From positions 1 to 64,000 of the IMG/VR virus record IMGVR_UViG_3300034073_002131: a stretch of DNA of 64,000 bases. One strand, 5' to 3'. Every line of letters begins with the position of its first letter. The first letter of the stretch is position 1. The DNA is from a virus. The position numbers and the translations under genes were made by a program. Below, piece by piece: positions 6,920 through 15,643 of this stretch. A model generated the notes under the pieces. It was not told the DNA's origin. It searched no databases and worked only from the letters and a program-made list of their open reading frames with translations.

Positions 6920-7117
6920 ATGAAATACCCGTATGCTACGCTTAATATGTGTCTACGCAGTATGCTAGGCTCGCAAGAACTAGTAGACCGGTGGTACGAA
7001 TCGCCTAATCGTGCGTTTGATATGCAAACTCCGCTTCAAATGCTTGAAAGTGGTGACGAACCCCGTAGAACAGTATATAAATATATCCTAGCACAACTTA
7101 ACTATATTCCACAGTAG
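6920..7117 (+). CDS. Xre/MbcA/ParS antitoxin C-terminal-like domain protein
   Basis: LGSQELVDRWYESPNRAFDMQTPLQML pattern resembles DUF2384. Confidence 0.6.
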   Translation: MKYPYATLNMCLRSMLGSQELVDRWYESPNRAFDMQTPLQMLESGDEPRRTVYKYILAQLNYIPQ

Positions 7118-7182
7118 CTCAGCGGTAGAGCAGTTAACTGTTAATTAATTGGTCGTTGGTTCGATCCCAGCCTGTGGAGCCA
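7108..7182 (+). tRNA. tRNA-Asn(GTT)
   Basis: CT-GTT-AA loop, GCCA. Confidence 0.94.
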
Positions 7183-7184
7183 AG

Positions 7185-7258
7185 TGGGGTATAGTGAAAC
7201 GGTATCACACAGGATTTTGATTCCCATATTCTTGGTTCGACTCCAAGTACCCCTGCCA
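7185..7258 (+). tRNA. tRNA-Gln(TTG)
   Basis: TT-TTG-AT loop, GCCA. Confidence 0.92.
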
Positions 7259-7264
7259 CAAATC

Positions 7265-7735
7265 ATGAAACAATTCGACCTAGAAGAAATCAAAGAGTTT
7301 ATTAGTGCTCAAAGCCCAGACACCAAGATATACTTAGGCGCAGATAGTGAGCGTGTAAGTGGTGGTGATTGTTGGATGGCTGAATACTACTTAGCCGTCG
7401 TAGTACATCTAGAAGGCAAGCACGGCTGTAAAATATTTGGTCAGATTACTCGTGAGCGAGACTACGATCAGCGACAGGATAAACCTGCACTCCGACTTAT
7501 GGGTGAAGTTTATAAAGTAGCCGAACTATTTAATGAACTAAGCGACGTCTTACAAGACAGATATGTAGAAGTACACCTAGATATTAATCCAGATGATCGT
7601 TACGCAAGTTCACAAGTAGTATCGCAAGCTATTGGATATATTCGCGGTACGTGCAACATAGAAGCACAAGTTAAACCTCAAGCATTTGCAGCAAGTTACG
7701 CAGCAGACCGACTAAAATTTATTCTTTCAAACTAA
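7265..7735 (+). CDS. RNase H-like YkuK (DUF458) family protein
   Basis: IYLGADS, RL..EV, EVHLDINP, KP.AFAAS..AD motifs. Confidence 0.8.
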   Translation: MKQFDLEEIKEFISAQSPDTKIYLGADSERVSGGDCWMAEYYLAVVVHLEGKHGCKIFGQITRERDYDQRQDKPALRLMGEVYKVAELFNELSDVLQDRYVEVHLDINPDDRYASSQVVSQAIGYIRGTCNIEAQVKPQAFAASYAADRLKFILSN

Positions 7736-7736
7736 A

Positions 7737-7958
7737 ATGACTAAAGACCGCTTTGATCTTGAACAAGAAATCCTAGATTGCTGGCATATCACTGATGATC
7801 TACAGACTATTATGGAAACAGATAGTCTTAATCTTAGCGACGATGTGCATAATCTCCTACTTGGACTTAAGACTCTTTATCACCTTAAGTTTGAGCGTAC
7901 TTTTGCAACATTTGAGCAGTTAGTTGCCCAACGCAAGCTAGACCAACGAATTATGTGA
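7737..7958 (+). CDS. Conserved phage protein (DRFDLEQ.I..CW family)
   Basis: ORF; stop lies inside tRNA-Cys. Confidence 0.7.
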   Translation: MTKDRFDLEQEILDCWHITDDLQTIMETDSLNLSDDVHNLLLGLKTLYHLKFERTFATFEQLVAQRKLDQRIM

Positions 7959-8031
7959 CGGTGTTGCTGAACGGCTAGGCTGCAGTCTGCAAAACTGTGT
8001 TATGTGGGTTCAAGTCCCACCCGTCACTCCA
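7955..8031 (+). tRNA. tRNA-Cys(GCA)
   Basis: CT-GCA-AA loop, U73, CCA. Confidence 0.92.
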
Positions 8032-8035
8032 CACT

Positions 8036-8110
8036 GCCCCTTTAGCTCAGTGGTAGAGCAGCCGCCTTGTAAGCGGCAGGTCATCAGTTCGAATCCGATA
8101 GGGGGCACCA
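8036..8110 (+). tRNA. tRNA-Thr(TGT)
   Basis: CT-TGT-AA loop, ACCA. Confidence 0.94.
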
Positions 8111-8122
8111 CTAGGTATATGT

Positions 8123-8509
8123 ATGAACGAAGAACTTAAAGATTCCCTAAGTGAAATTGGCCGGGCATGGAACGAGGCTATGGATGCTATTGAACAAGCT
8201 AGCGAACGGTACTGGAATAGTTTAACTAAAGAACAACAGCTTGATGCGTTCTGTGCAGTATGCCGCCGCATCTACAAAGGTGACATTGAGGACAAAGGCA
8301 CTTACAGGTATGTCCTATACAACGTATTTGGTTTTGGTCCTGAAGCATACGCACAAGCACAAATGGCAGGATACCTGACTATTCATAACAGCATTTTTGA
8401 TGCTGATCACGATGACAACTTGCTAACTAAATTTGCTGAGTTTTGTGGGCTTGATGAGTCAAAAGTTAGTGAGTTTTGGAATCAGCATTCTTGGGCACAA
8501 AACCCATAA
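8123..8509 (+). CDS. Conserved hypothetical phage protein
   Basis: GTYRYVLY..FGFGP.AY motif. Confidence 0.75.
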   Translation: MNEELKDSLSEIGRAWNEAMDAIEQASERYWNSLTKEQQLDAFCAVCRRIYKGDIEDKGTYRYVLYNVFGFGPEAYAQAQMAGYLTIHNSIFDADHDDNLLTKFAEFCGLDESKVSEFWNQHSWAQNP

Positions 8510-8833
8510 TATGATCGTATGAAGTTGACCCAAAGGTGCTTTGGACGCGGGTTCGACTCCCGCCTGGTCCACCATAGATACATTACACCATTAACGCCAC
8601 GGGGTTATCTAGAGCTGCAGCTCGAAAAGCACACTGTGAGAAGTGCAGATAACAGTAGTGTATCTTTGATGGGCCAGTCATGGTTTCGACAGGGCAATGA
8701 GTAGCAATACAGACGATCCGACACAGATAGTCGTTAAAAGTAAACAAAAACAAACGCAAACGATGAAACGTTCGCATTAGCCGCCTAAACTCGGCTTAGG
8801 GTTCCAGGTTATCCTCGTAACAGAAAACCTGGA
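8510..8833 (+). ncRNA. ssrA: Circularly permuted (two-piece) tmRNA, tag ANDETFALAA
   Basis: Acceptor piece (GGAC-gcggg-TTCGACT-cccgc-ctggtcc-ACCA, ends 8574) precedes the coding piece (gggccag..GGTTTCGAC, starts 8671); G3-U70; tag frame 8756-8788. Confidence 0.9.
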
Positions 8834-8890
8834 CTTAAATGGCCATTTGGCATTTTTATTAACAATTCTTGCTCAATCGAGGAGAATAAG

Positions 8891-9331
8891 ATGACACTAA
8901 AAGATATTAATAAATACTTTCTAGGCTTTGATGAAGCTCAGGATCGCATTAACAAATTGCATACGCAAATGATTGCTAAGGCAAATGTTAACTATCCGCC
9001 TTATAATGTTCGTAAAACAGACGATCATAAATATCTCTTAGAACTAGCCGTTGCTGGGTTTAGGGAAAGTGAGATTAGTCTGGAAGTATCAAAAGGTGAA
9101 CTTGTAATTACTGCTCAAAAGTCTGAGCAGGAACAAGATAGTGAATATAAAGGCTGGATTCATCAAGGTATTGCCTACAGAGGCTTTACTCGTACCTTTT
9201 TCCTAGATAATCAGTATGAAGTCCTACATGCCGAGCTTAAAGACGGCTTGTTAAAAGTATACCTAGGCTTGCAAGAAACCATGAAGCCTAAGCGTATTCC
9301 TATTGGTGGACAACAGCATCTTGAACTTTAG
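8891..9331 (+). CDS. Small heat-shock protein Hsp20 (IbpA-like)
   Basis: NYPPYN, ELAVAGF, HQGIA.R.F.R.F, LKDGLL motifs. Confidence 0.92.
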   Translation: MTLKDINKYFLGFDEAQDRINKLHTQMIAKANVNYPPYNVRKTDDHKYLLELAVAGFRESEISLEVSKGELVITAQKSEQEQDSEYKGWIHQGIAYRGFTRTFFLDNQYEVLHAELKDGLLKVYLGLQETMKPKRIPIGGQQHLEL

Positions 9332-9419
9332 AAGCGTGGTCGAGTGGTTTAAGGCACCGGTCTTGAAAACCGACGATTCCGTAAGGGGTCCGTGAGTTCG
9401 AATCTCACCGCTTCTGCCA
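9330..9419 (+). tRNA. tRNA-Ser(TGA)
   Basis: CT-TGA-AA loop, long variable arm, GCCA. Confidence 0.95.
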
Positions 9420-9423
9420 ACAC

Positions 9424-9451
9424 AGAGGGTGCCCAGCACCCTCTATTTTTT
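9424..9451 (+). terminator. Intrinsic terminator
   Basis: agagggtgc-cca-gcaccctct plus T-run. Confidence 0.7.
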
Positions 9452-9587
9452 AAACTTGCGCCAATGAACCAAACAAAAATTCCGCCCAGTACTGGCTATA
9501 TCATCCCTATAGCAACTAAAATGTTCCTAAATTGGACTGTGGATGAGTGGGGTTTCTGGAATGTAGAAGTGCTAGTTTTAGACTAAT

Positions 9588-9770
9588 ATGATTTCACCCT
9601 GTATTAAAATATGTAAGCTAGACCCTAAACTGCAGATATGTATTGGCTGTTGGAGAACTAGGGAAGAAATTCAGGACTGGACAACCTACACAGATGAACA
9701 GCGACAGAAAATAGTAAATAGTCTTGCTCAACGATGGGCTAAACTAGCGGGTATAGTGTTTAACGGTTAG
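9588..9770 (+). CDS. DUF1289 Cys-rich (predicted Fe-S) protein
   Basis: SPCIKIC......C.GC.RT..EI..W. Confidence 0.85.
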   Translation: MISPCIKICKLDPKLQICIGCWRTREEIQDWTTYTDEQRQKIVNSLAQRWAKLAGIVFNG

Positions 9771-9824
9771 CACGCCAGTCTTCCAAACTCGAAGTGAGGA
9801 GTTCGAATCTCCCTACCCGCTCCA
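9747..9824 (+). tRNA. tRNA-Gly(TCC)
   Basis: CT-TCC-AA loop, U73, CCA. Confidence 0.93.
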
Positions 9825-10393
9825 TGAAAAAAATTATACTTTCCCTATTCGACTACAGCGGTAATTGGCCCAAGTACTACCGCGACAGCGGCCTATACGA
9901 TGTATATCAAGTAGACCTTAAACTTGGCCTAGATATACTTGATATAAATCCTGGTGAACTGCCACAGCCTATACACGGTATCTTAGCCGCTCCACCTTGC
10001 ACAGACTTTGCTAGTAGTGGAGCGCAATACTGGACGCAAAAAGATAGGGACGGTCGTACCCAACAAAGCCTACAACTAGTAGATAAAACCTTAGAGATTA
10101 TAAGTTATCACGAACCCAAATGGTGGGTAATTGAAAATCCTGTAGGCAGACTTGCAAAATTACGTCCTGAACTAGGTACCCCTTGGTATTTTCAGCCGTG
10201 GTGGTTTGGTGACGCCTACACCAAGAAAACAGGTTTGTGGGGCACATTTAATCGTGACCTACCACAGAGTCCAGTCGATCCCGACCCTAAATCGCCAATA
10301 ATGCGGTTAGGCGGTAAATCAGAACGAACCAAAGAATTGCGAAGCATGACTCCGCTTGGGTTTGCTCTTGCATTCTACTTAGCAAATCCCTAG
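9824..10393 (+). CDS. DNA cytosine-C5 methyltransferase (small phage type)
   Basis: LSLF..SG motif I, PPC catalytic motif, ENP motif; ATG overlaps the tRNA CCA. Confidence 0.8.
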   Translation: MKKIILSLFDYSGNWPKYYRDSGLYDVYQVDLKLGLDILDINPGELPQPIHGILAAPPCTDFASSGAQYWTQKDRDGRTQQSLQLVDKTLEIISYHEPKWWVIENPVGRLAKLRPELGTPWYFQPWWFGDAYTKKTGLWGTFNRDLPQSPVDPDPKSPIMRLGGKSERTKELRSMTPLGFALAFYLANP

Positions 10394-10466
10394 TACCTTA
10401 GCTCAGCGGTAGAGCGTCTCGTTTACACCGAGAGGGTCGGGGGTTCGAACCCCTCAGGTACTACCA
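10392..10466 (+). tRNA. tRNA-Val(TAC)
   Basis: TT-TAC-AC loop, ACCA. Confidence 0.94.
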
Positions 10467-10469
10467 AGC

Positions 10470-10757
10470 ATGCAACCCAAAGACACAGTACAAACTATCA
10501 ACTTTAAAGGTTATACGAATAACAAGTGCGAGTTCTTTCCTTGCCATACAGGAGTTAAAAAAGAATTTAACTGTTTATTTTGTTATTGCCCCCTAGTATT
10601 CCTAAAATGCCCCGGACCGTACAAAGTATTCCAAGACAAAAATGGCATTACCAGAAAAGATTGTAGTGCTTGTATCCTACCACATAACGGTATAGAACAA
10701 TCTTGGCGGTTTATTCAAGACTGGTTGGAGCGTCCCGAACCTTGGGATTATAAGTAA
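10470..10757 (+). CDS. Cysteine-rich small domain protein
   Basis: N..CEFFPCH....FNCLFCYCPL...KDCS.C..PH. Confidence 0.85.
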   Translation: MQPKDTVQTINFKGYTNNKCEFFPCHTGVKKEFNCLFCYCPLVFLKCPGPYKVFQDKNGITRKDCSACILPHNGIEQSWRFIQDWLERPEPWDYK

Positions 10758-10774
10758 AGTATAAAATTATTAAC

Positions 10775-10803
10775 TTGAACTGGCTTGGTATCTGTGATAT
10801 AAT
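10775..10803 (+). promoter_or_regulatory. Sigma70-type promoter
   Basis: TTGAAC-17 nt-TATAAT, extended TG. Confidence 0.75.
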
Positions 10804-10848
10804 ATTTATTATTACAGATACCAAGCCATTTATATTTAAGGCACAGAA

Positions 10849-11382
10849 ATGAACGTCTTTTTTTGTTCGGACCATCACTTTCATCACCAAAATATCTTAA
10901 AGTTTCTTCGTGATGACGGTACGCCATTACGTACATTTAGTGGCATCAATCATATGCACGAGCATATTATTGCTCAGCACAACAGTGTAGTAAAGCCTGA
11001 GGATAAAGTATATTTCTTGGGCGATGTTTGCATGACTAAGAATGCAGCCGGACTAGAAATTTTAGGTCGTCTTAATGGCACAAAAATATTAATTCGTGGT
11101 AATCATGACGAATGCAAGCTAGCACAGTACGCACAGTACTTTGATGATGTTCGTGGTGTGTGCCACAGGTACGGTGTAGTAATGACTCATGTGCCTATAC
11201 ATCCAGAAAGCCTAGATCGCTGGGGTACAAATCTACACGGACACCTACACTACCGGCGCGTTCTGTTACCAAACGGCCACCCAGATCCCAGATACATTAA
11301 TGTAAGCATGGAGTGCCTAGACAACTATACTCCACTTAGCCTAGACGAACTAAATAAACGGATTACAAAGAATGCAAAATAA
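10849..11382 (+). CDS. Calcineurin-like metallophosphoesterase
   Basis: DHH, LGD, GNHD, HGHLH motifs. Confidence 0.9.
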   Translation: MNVFFCSDHHFHHQNILKFLRDDGTPLRTFSGINHMHEHIIAQHNSVVKPEDKVYFLGDVCMTKNAAGLEILGRLNGTKILIRGNHDECKLAQYAQYFDDVRGVCHRYGVVMTHVPIHPESLDRWGTNLHGHLHYRRVLLPNGHPDPRYINVSMECLDNYTPLSLDELNKRITKNAK

Positions 11383-11566
11383 AAGCTGGCCGTGGCCAAA
11401 GAGCTCAGAAACCATAACTAATACTAATGCACAAAATACTGTCGTATACAGTCAAGTACCTGTAGGCAAACAAAACCTACTTACACTAAAAGATCCGGGT
11501 TGGATTGTTGGGGTATTCATTGGACTACTACTTTTCCTGCCACTCCTATACGCAGCATTTATGTAA
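11372..11566 (+). CDS. Small membrane protein
   Basis: C-terminal hydrophobic helix. Confidence 0.55.
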   Translation: MQNKSWPWPKSSETITNTNAQNTVVYSQVPVGKQNLLTLKDPGWIVGVFIGLLLFLPLLYAAFM

Positions 11567-11573
11567 CATATAC

Positions 11574-11651
11574 GGGCCTCTAGCTCACGGAGGTTAGAGC
11601 AACCGACTCATAATCGGTAGGTACTGGGTTCGACTCCCAGGGGGCCCACCA
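11574..11651 (+). tRNA. tRNA(CAT), probably Ile2 (lysidine type)
   Basis: gggcc acceptor and cga-ctcataa-tcg arm resemble bacterial tRNA-Ile2; elongator Met not excluded. Confidence 0.85.
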
Positions 11652-11656
11652 ATACT

Positions 11657-11902
11657 ATGAATAATATACCTTTACTATCACAAATTATTGAATTAGCTCA
11701 AGACGGGGAGATTAACGATCCTATTGACTGGGGCATGCTAAGTGTAGATGAAAACAGTGCCTACTTGCTAATTGCAAATGGGCTAGTAGACCTGTTTGGC
11801 TACCCAGAAACCGAACGTGAAATGTTGATTCTAGCAACATTGGTACGAACTACGGTAGAAAACTTTACCCTAAATCTGAAATTATTGGGAGATCCAAGTT
11901 GA
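11657..11902 (+). CDS. Hypothetical protein
   Basis: ORF track; co-oriented gene run. Confidence 0.7.
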   Translation: MNNIPLLSQIIELAQDGEINDPIDWGMLSVDENSAYLLIANGLVDLFGYPETEREMLILATLVRTTVENFTLNLKLLGDPS

Positions 11903-12093
11903 AAAAATATGTAGTAGCTTGTTATTTCGGCTACGCGAATGATGTAGAACAATGTATTGTACAAGCAGATAACGAATTTGACGCCGTAGTAGACTTTTTA
12001 CAAACTAAACCTCCAGGAATTAATGATCTTGATGAACTCTTAGAGTGGTGTTGGGATCAAGAAATGATTATTAACTTTATTGAAATTAACTAA
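11899..12093 (+). CDS. Hypothetical protein
   Basis: Overlapping TTG start with GGAG RBS. Confidence 0.6.
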   Translation: MKKYVVACYFGYANDVEQCIVQADNEFDAVVDFLQTKPPGINDLDELLEWCWDQEMIINFIEIN

Positions 12094-12103
12094 GGAAACA
12101 GAA

Positions 12104-12415
12104 ATGAAATTGTTTTTTGGCGCTGTAGACTACAATCCTGATGAACTTGATGCTGATGACCTGTTTACTACTGATGAAGCACCTACTAAATACTTTTACT
12201 ATCAACTAGAGTGGGGCACTAATAATGGCGGTATGGATGACGTAATGTTGCGCGATACCTGTGATCGAGAAGTTCCGGTTAGCATTGACCATATTAATGA
12301 ACTTATTGATGCACTGGTTCGTGTACGCAATATGAATGACGATATTAAGCGTGGCAAAGAGCTTGAAGAACAGGTACAGGGAGATAGTGAAGAAGTAATT
12401 GGCGATTGCTGGTAA
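12104..12415 (+). CDS. Acidic hypothetical protein
   Basis: AAGGA RBS, ATG at 12104. Confidence 0.7.
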   Translation: MKLFFGAVDYNPDELDADDLFTTDEAPTKYFYYQLEWGTNNGGMDDVMLRDTCDREVPVSIDHINELIDALVRVRNMNDDIKRGKELEEQVQGDSEEVIGDCW

Positions 12416-12418
12416 TCT

Positions 12419-12679
12419 ATGCATGAAATTATTATAGTATACTTTTCACTTGCACTAGCTACTAGCATTGTTAGTTGGTGGTTTATGTTCAGACCTTTAG
12501 TCAGGGAGGCTATTGAGGCTGGAGTTAATAATGATATTACTCGTAGTCCAAAGTTAAGCTCCCTAGTGTTTATTTTGCTAAATACACTAATGGCTCCTAT
12601 TATACTTCCAATAGTATTTATTCCATCAATGTTTGAATCGGCTAGAGCAGGAATGCGACGAGCAATCAACGAAGATTAA
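12419..12679 (+). CDS. Membrane protein (2 TM)
   Basis: Two hydrophobic helices. Confidence 0.7.
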   Translation: MHEIIIVYFSLALATSIVSWWFMFRPLVREAIEAGVNNDITRSPKLSSLVFILLNTLMAPIILPIVFIPSMFESARAGMRRAINED

Positions 12680-12689
12680 AAATTTAGTC

Positions 12690-12718
12690 TTGAACGATCT
12701 GCTATATATTGCTATAAT
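12690..12718 (+). promoter_or_regulatory. Sigma70-type promoter
   Basis: TTGAAC-17 nt-TATAAT, extended TG. Confidence 0.8.
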
Positions 12719-12747
12719 ATTATTTCTTCATTAGGAAAACACAGACT

Positions 12748-13020
12748 ATGAAACTTGTAGAATTCAATTACACAAAACAAGATGGTTCCCAATCACAGCG
12801 TGCCGTTATGGTTCTTCAAGAACCTCAGCGTAATTATGCTGGTATTGATATTACCCAACTTGATGAATCTAGCTTTGCGCTTTTCTTGGACGAGTATCGT
12901 GAAGTAAAAAATCGTCAACATGAAGAAATTATGCAGCTAATGGCTCGTCATGATCTTAAACACAACTACCGGCAATTTGTTCCTGATCGGATGCAAATTA
13001 CTGAAACTACCTTGGTATGA
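12748..13020 (+). CDS. Hypothetical protein (F.YTK.DGS.S.R)
   Basis: ORF after promoter. Confidence 0.75.
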   Translation: MKLVEFNYTKQDGSQSQRAVMVLQEPQRNYAGIDITQLDESSFALFLDEYREVKNRQHEEIMQLMARHDLKHNYRQFVPDRMQITETTLV

Positions 13021-13274
13021 CAGATAAACCATTCAGAATATGGGATGCCATAACACTTCAAGAAGCCGCTAAAATCGCTATTCAACTAACTGCAATTATT
13101 GACGAAACTTGTTTGCAAAATAAAACTATTCCAGCTCTGTTACCGCCTAGCTTAATGCCAACAGAAAAACTCTACATTTTAGCTGCAAGTTTTGATGCTG
13201 CATATAACAAATTAATTGAATACGAACTTACAAAAACCGGAAACTTACGCTCTGACAAAGACAATATACACTAA
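13017..13274 (+). CDS. Hypothetical protein
   Basis: ATGA-coupled ORF. Confidence 0.65.
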   Translation: MTDKPFRIWDAITLQEAAKIAIQLTAIIDETCLQNKTIPALLPPSLMPTEKLYILAASFDAAYNKLIEYELTKTGNLRSDKDNIH

Positions 13275-13283
13275 GGACTAAAA

Positions 13284-13649
13284 ATGACTCAATGGACTCC
13301 TGAACTTAAAGAACAAGTTGTTAAAATGTATCAAGATGCTGATCCTACCCCTGAGAGCAGCACCGAGATTATCAAAGACATTGCTGACGAGATCGAAGCC
13401 TCACCTAATGGTGTTCGCATGGTTCTTGTTCAAGCCGGTGTCTATGTTAAAAAAGAAGCCAGTGCTAGCCCAAGTAAGGGCAGCAGCACTAGCAAAACCG
13501 GCGAAGGCACTAAGCGTGTAAGCAAAGAAGCAGCTATTGCTGATCTTAAAGCAGCAATTGAAGCTAAAGGTGCTCCTATCGACGAGGATATTCTTGGCAA
13601 ACTGACTGGTAAAGCTGCTGTTTACCTGCTTAGTGTTATCAAGGCTTAA
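13284..13649 (+). CDS. D3: T5 D3-like DNA-binding protein
   Basis: W..ELK..V..MY...PTPE.S.EI...SPNGVRM.L..AG.YVKK and T5 synteny. Confidence 0.75.
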   Translation: MTQWTPELKEQVVKMYQDADPTPESSTEIIKDIADEIEASPNGVRMVLVQAGVYVKKEASASPSKGSSTSKTGEGTKRVSKEAAIADLKAAIEAKGAPIDEDILGKLTGKAAVYLLSVIKA

Positions 13650-13655
13650 TGTTTT

Positions 13656-13682
13656 GGGCAGCCTATGCTGCCCTTATTTTTC
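13656..13682 (+). terminator. Intrinsic terminator
   Basis: gggcagc-ctat-gctgccc plus T-rich tail. Confidence 0.75.
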
Positions 13683-13695
13683 AAGGTTATAGGCT

Positions 13696-14319
13696 ATGGC
13701 AAAGAAACGATCAGCTCTTGAACAAGAGCGCATGACAGATACTAATCTACAAAAGGTTATTGGTCTACTTGAGCCTAAAGATGCCAACACTAAACCTATA
13801 ACCAAAAAAGAAGCTTGCGCAATCCTAGGTATGAATTACAACACTTCACGCCTAGAAACCATTCTTGAACAATTTAAAGAGCGTCAAAAACGAGATGGTG
13901 AGCGTCGGGCAGCACTACGTGGAAAACCTGCTACTCAACAAGAAGTGGGATTTATTATTCGTGAATACCTTGAGGGTAATACTATTGAGGGTATTTCTAG
14001 ATCCACGTATCGTGGTACAGAATTCATTAAGCGAATTCTAGAAGAAAACCACATTCCAAAACGAAATAGTTCTCACGACTATTTTCACCCCCAACTTATT
14101 CCTGAAGGCGCAATGCAGGATAAGTTTGAAGTAGGAGAGACTGTATACAGTAGTAGATATGATTCTACTGCAAAGATTGTTACAGAGCAACCTGATCCTA
14201 CTTATGGCTGGGTTTACCGTGTATGGCTAACTAATGAAAAGTGGCTACAGTATGCCTACCAACCAGCCTGTGAATTAGCTTCTCTTAAGCACTTAAAAGA
14301 AGTTGGAGTTGAATTCTAA
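13696..14319 (+). CDS. T5-like HTH-containing protein
   Basis: ITKK.AC..L...YN..RL motif; syntenic position after D3. Confidence 0.7.
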   Translation: MAKKRSALEQERMTDTNLQKVIGLLEPKDANTKPITKKEACAILGMNYNTSRLETILEQFKERQKRDGERRAALRGKPATQQEVGFIIREYLEGNTIEGISRSTYRGTEFIKRILEENHIPKRNSSHDYFHPQLIPEGAMQDKFEVGETVYSSRYDSTAKIVTEQPDPTYGWVYRVWLTNEKWLQYAYQPACELASLKHLKEVGVEF

Positions 14320-14600
14320 TGGATAATAACATTATCTATGAAAAACTTATCGAAGAAAACCTGGAAAAAGGTTTTCAGGTCAAGCTGGTAGTCAATGACT
14401 TTAGGGAAACCATCTACATTCAACTTCGAAAATACTTCTTGAGCTATGAGGGCGAGTGGATTGCTAGCCGAGAAGGTGTAAGTTTTCCAGCGAGTATGGA
14501 GAATATTTACAACCTCCTTGACGGCATGATGGAAATCTGCGCTGAAGCAGAGGGTGTGGAGATTATTGAGCACTACCATAACCAGCTCAAGAAATCCTAA
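14319..14600 (+). CDS. PC4-like ssDNA-binding protein
   Basis: V..FR...Y..LRKY......W.....G.S motif; precedes ligase as in T5. Confidence 0.75.
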   Translation: MDNNIIYEKLIEENLEKGFQVKLVVNDFRETIYIQLRKYFLSYEGEWIASREGVSFPASMENIYNLLDGMMEICAEAEGVEIIEHYHNQLKKS

Positions 14601-14601
14601 C

Positions 14602-14630
14602 TTGACCACGTGATCCTAAACTGTTATAAT
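14602..14630 (+). promoter_or_regulatory. Sigma70-type promoter
   Basis: TTGACC-17 nt-TATAAT, extended TG. Confidence 0.8.
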
Positions 14631-14654
14631 ATTAAACTCTTGTGAAAGTTTAAC

Positions 14655-15611
14655 ATGACAAACAAACTCAAAGAATTTCTTGACGTTGCAAGCAAGCACT
14701 ACTACGATGGCTGGCCTATTATTAGTGATCGGCAGTTTGATGCACTCTCCGATCTTATCGGATACGGTGCGGTAGGTAGCGCTCCGCAGACTAACAAGGC
14801 TAAACACTTCAAGCAAATGTACAGCCTGCAGAAATTCTATGAGGACGAGGGTCAGCGTAATCCACTAGAGGGCGTTCGGGAAGTTAGCGTTACTCCCAAA
14901 CTTGATGGCGCAGCCATCTCGCTGCTTTACATCAACGGCGAGTTAGTTCAAGCACTTACTCGCGGTGATGGAGTTGAGGGTCAGCTGATTACTGATAAAC
15001 TACTATCAACTAATCTAGTACCGCATAAAATTCCGTACACGCCTATTCTCCAAATTACCGGAGAAATTGTTGCTCCAAGCCATGTAGAAAACAGCCGAAA
15101 CTATGCCGCTGGCTCACTTAATCTAAAGGATCTTGATGAATTTAGAACTCGGGCCGTTAGTTTCTTTGCCTATGGCGTATTCCCGCACTGGTCAGACTCA
15201 TATTCGCAGGATATGAAATGGCTCAAGAAGCAGGGTTTTCAAACTGTCTTGGAAGCAGACTTAGATAAAATTTATCCTTGTGATGGTGTAGTATTCAGAT
15301 GTGACTCAAATCAAGAATTTGAAGCCTTGGGCTATACTAGTAAACACCCCCGCGGTGCATATGCTAGAAAAGAACGGGCTGAGCACGTAGAAACTACCCT
15401 CTTGGGCGTAGAATGGCAAGTAGGTAAAACTGGCAAGGTTACCCCTGTAGCTATTCTAGAACCTGTTATGATTGGTGATGCACAAGTGAGCCGAGCTACC
15501 CTAAATAATCCAGGCTTTATCGAAGCCCTGGGCCTTGAAATTGGCGACAGGGTAGCTGTAATCAGGGCTGGAGAAATCATTCCCTGTGTGCTACACAAAG
15601 TAGATGCCTAA
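14655..15611 (+). CDS. ligA: NAD-dependent DNA ligase, subunit A (adenylation and OB domains)
   Basis: KLDG, LTRGDG, DGVV, QVG.TG..TPVA, RAGEIIP. Confidence 0.93.
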   Translation: MTNKLKEFLDVASKHYYDGWPIISDRQFDALSDLIGYGAVGSAPQTNKAKHFKQMYSLQKFYEDEGQRNPLEGVREVSVTPKLDGAAISLLYINGELVQALTRGDGVEGQLITDKLLSTNLVPHKIPYTPILQITGEIVAPSHVENSRNYAAGSLNLKDLDEFRTRAVSFFAYGVFPHWSDSYSQDMKWLKKQGFQTVLEADLDKIYPCDGVVFRCDSNQEFEALGYTSKHPRGAYARKERAEHVETTLLGVEWQVGKTGKVTPVAILEPVMIGDAQVSRATLNNPGFIEALGLEIGDRVAVIRAGEIIPCVLHKVDA

Positions 15612-15643
15612 ATTTATCAGGCTCGGGCAACTAAAATTTAGAC

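Noticed and set aside
8519-8777. ORFs 8519-8704 (+) and 8583-8777 (-)
   Set aside because: They overlap the permuted tmRNA and are shadow frames.
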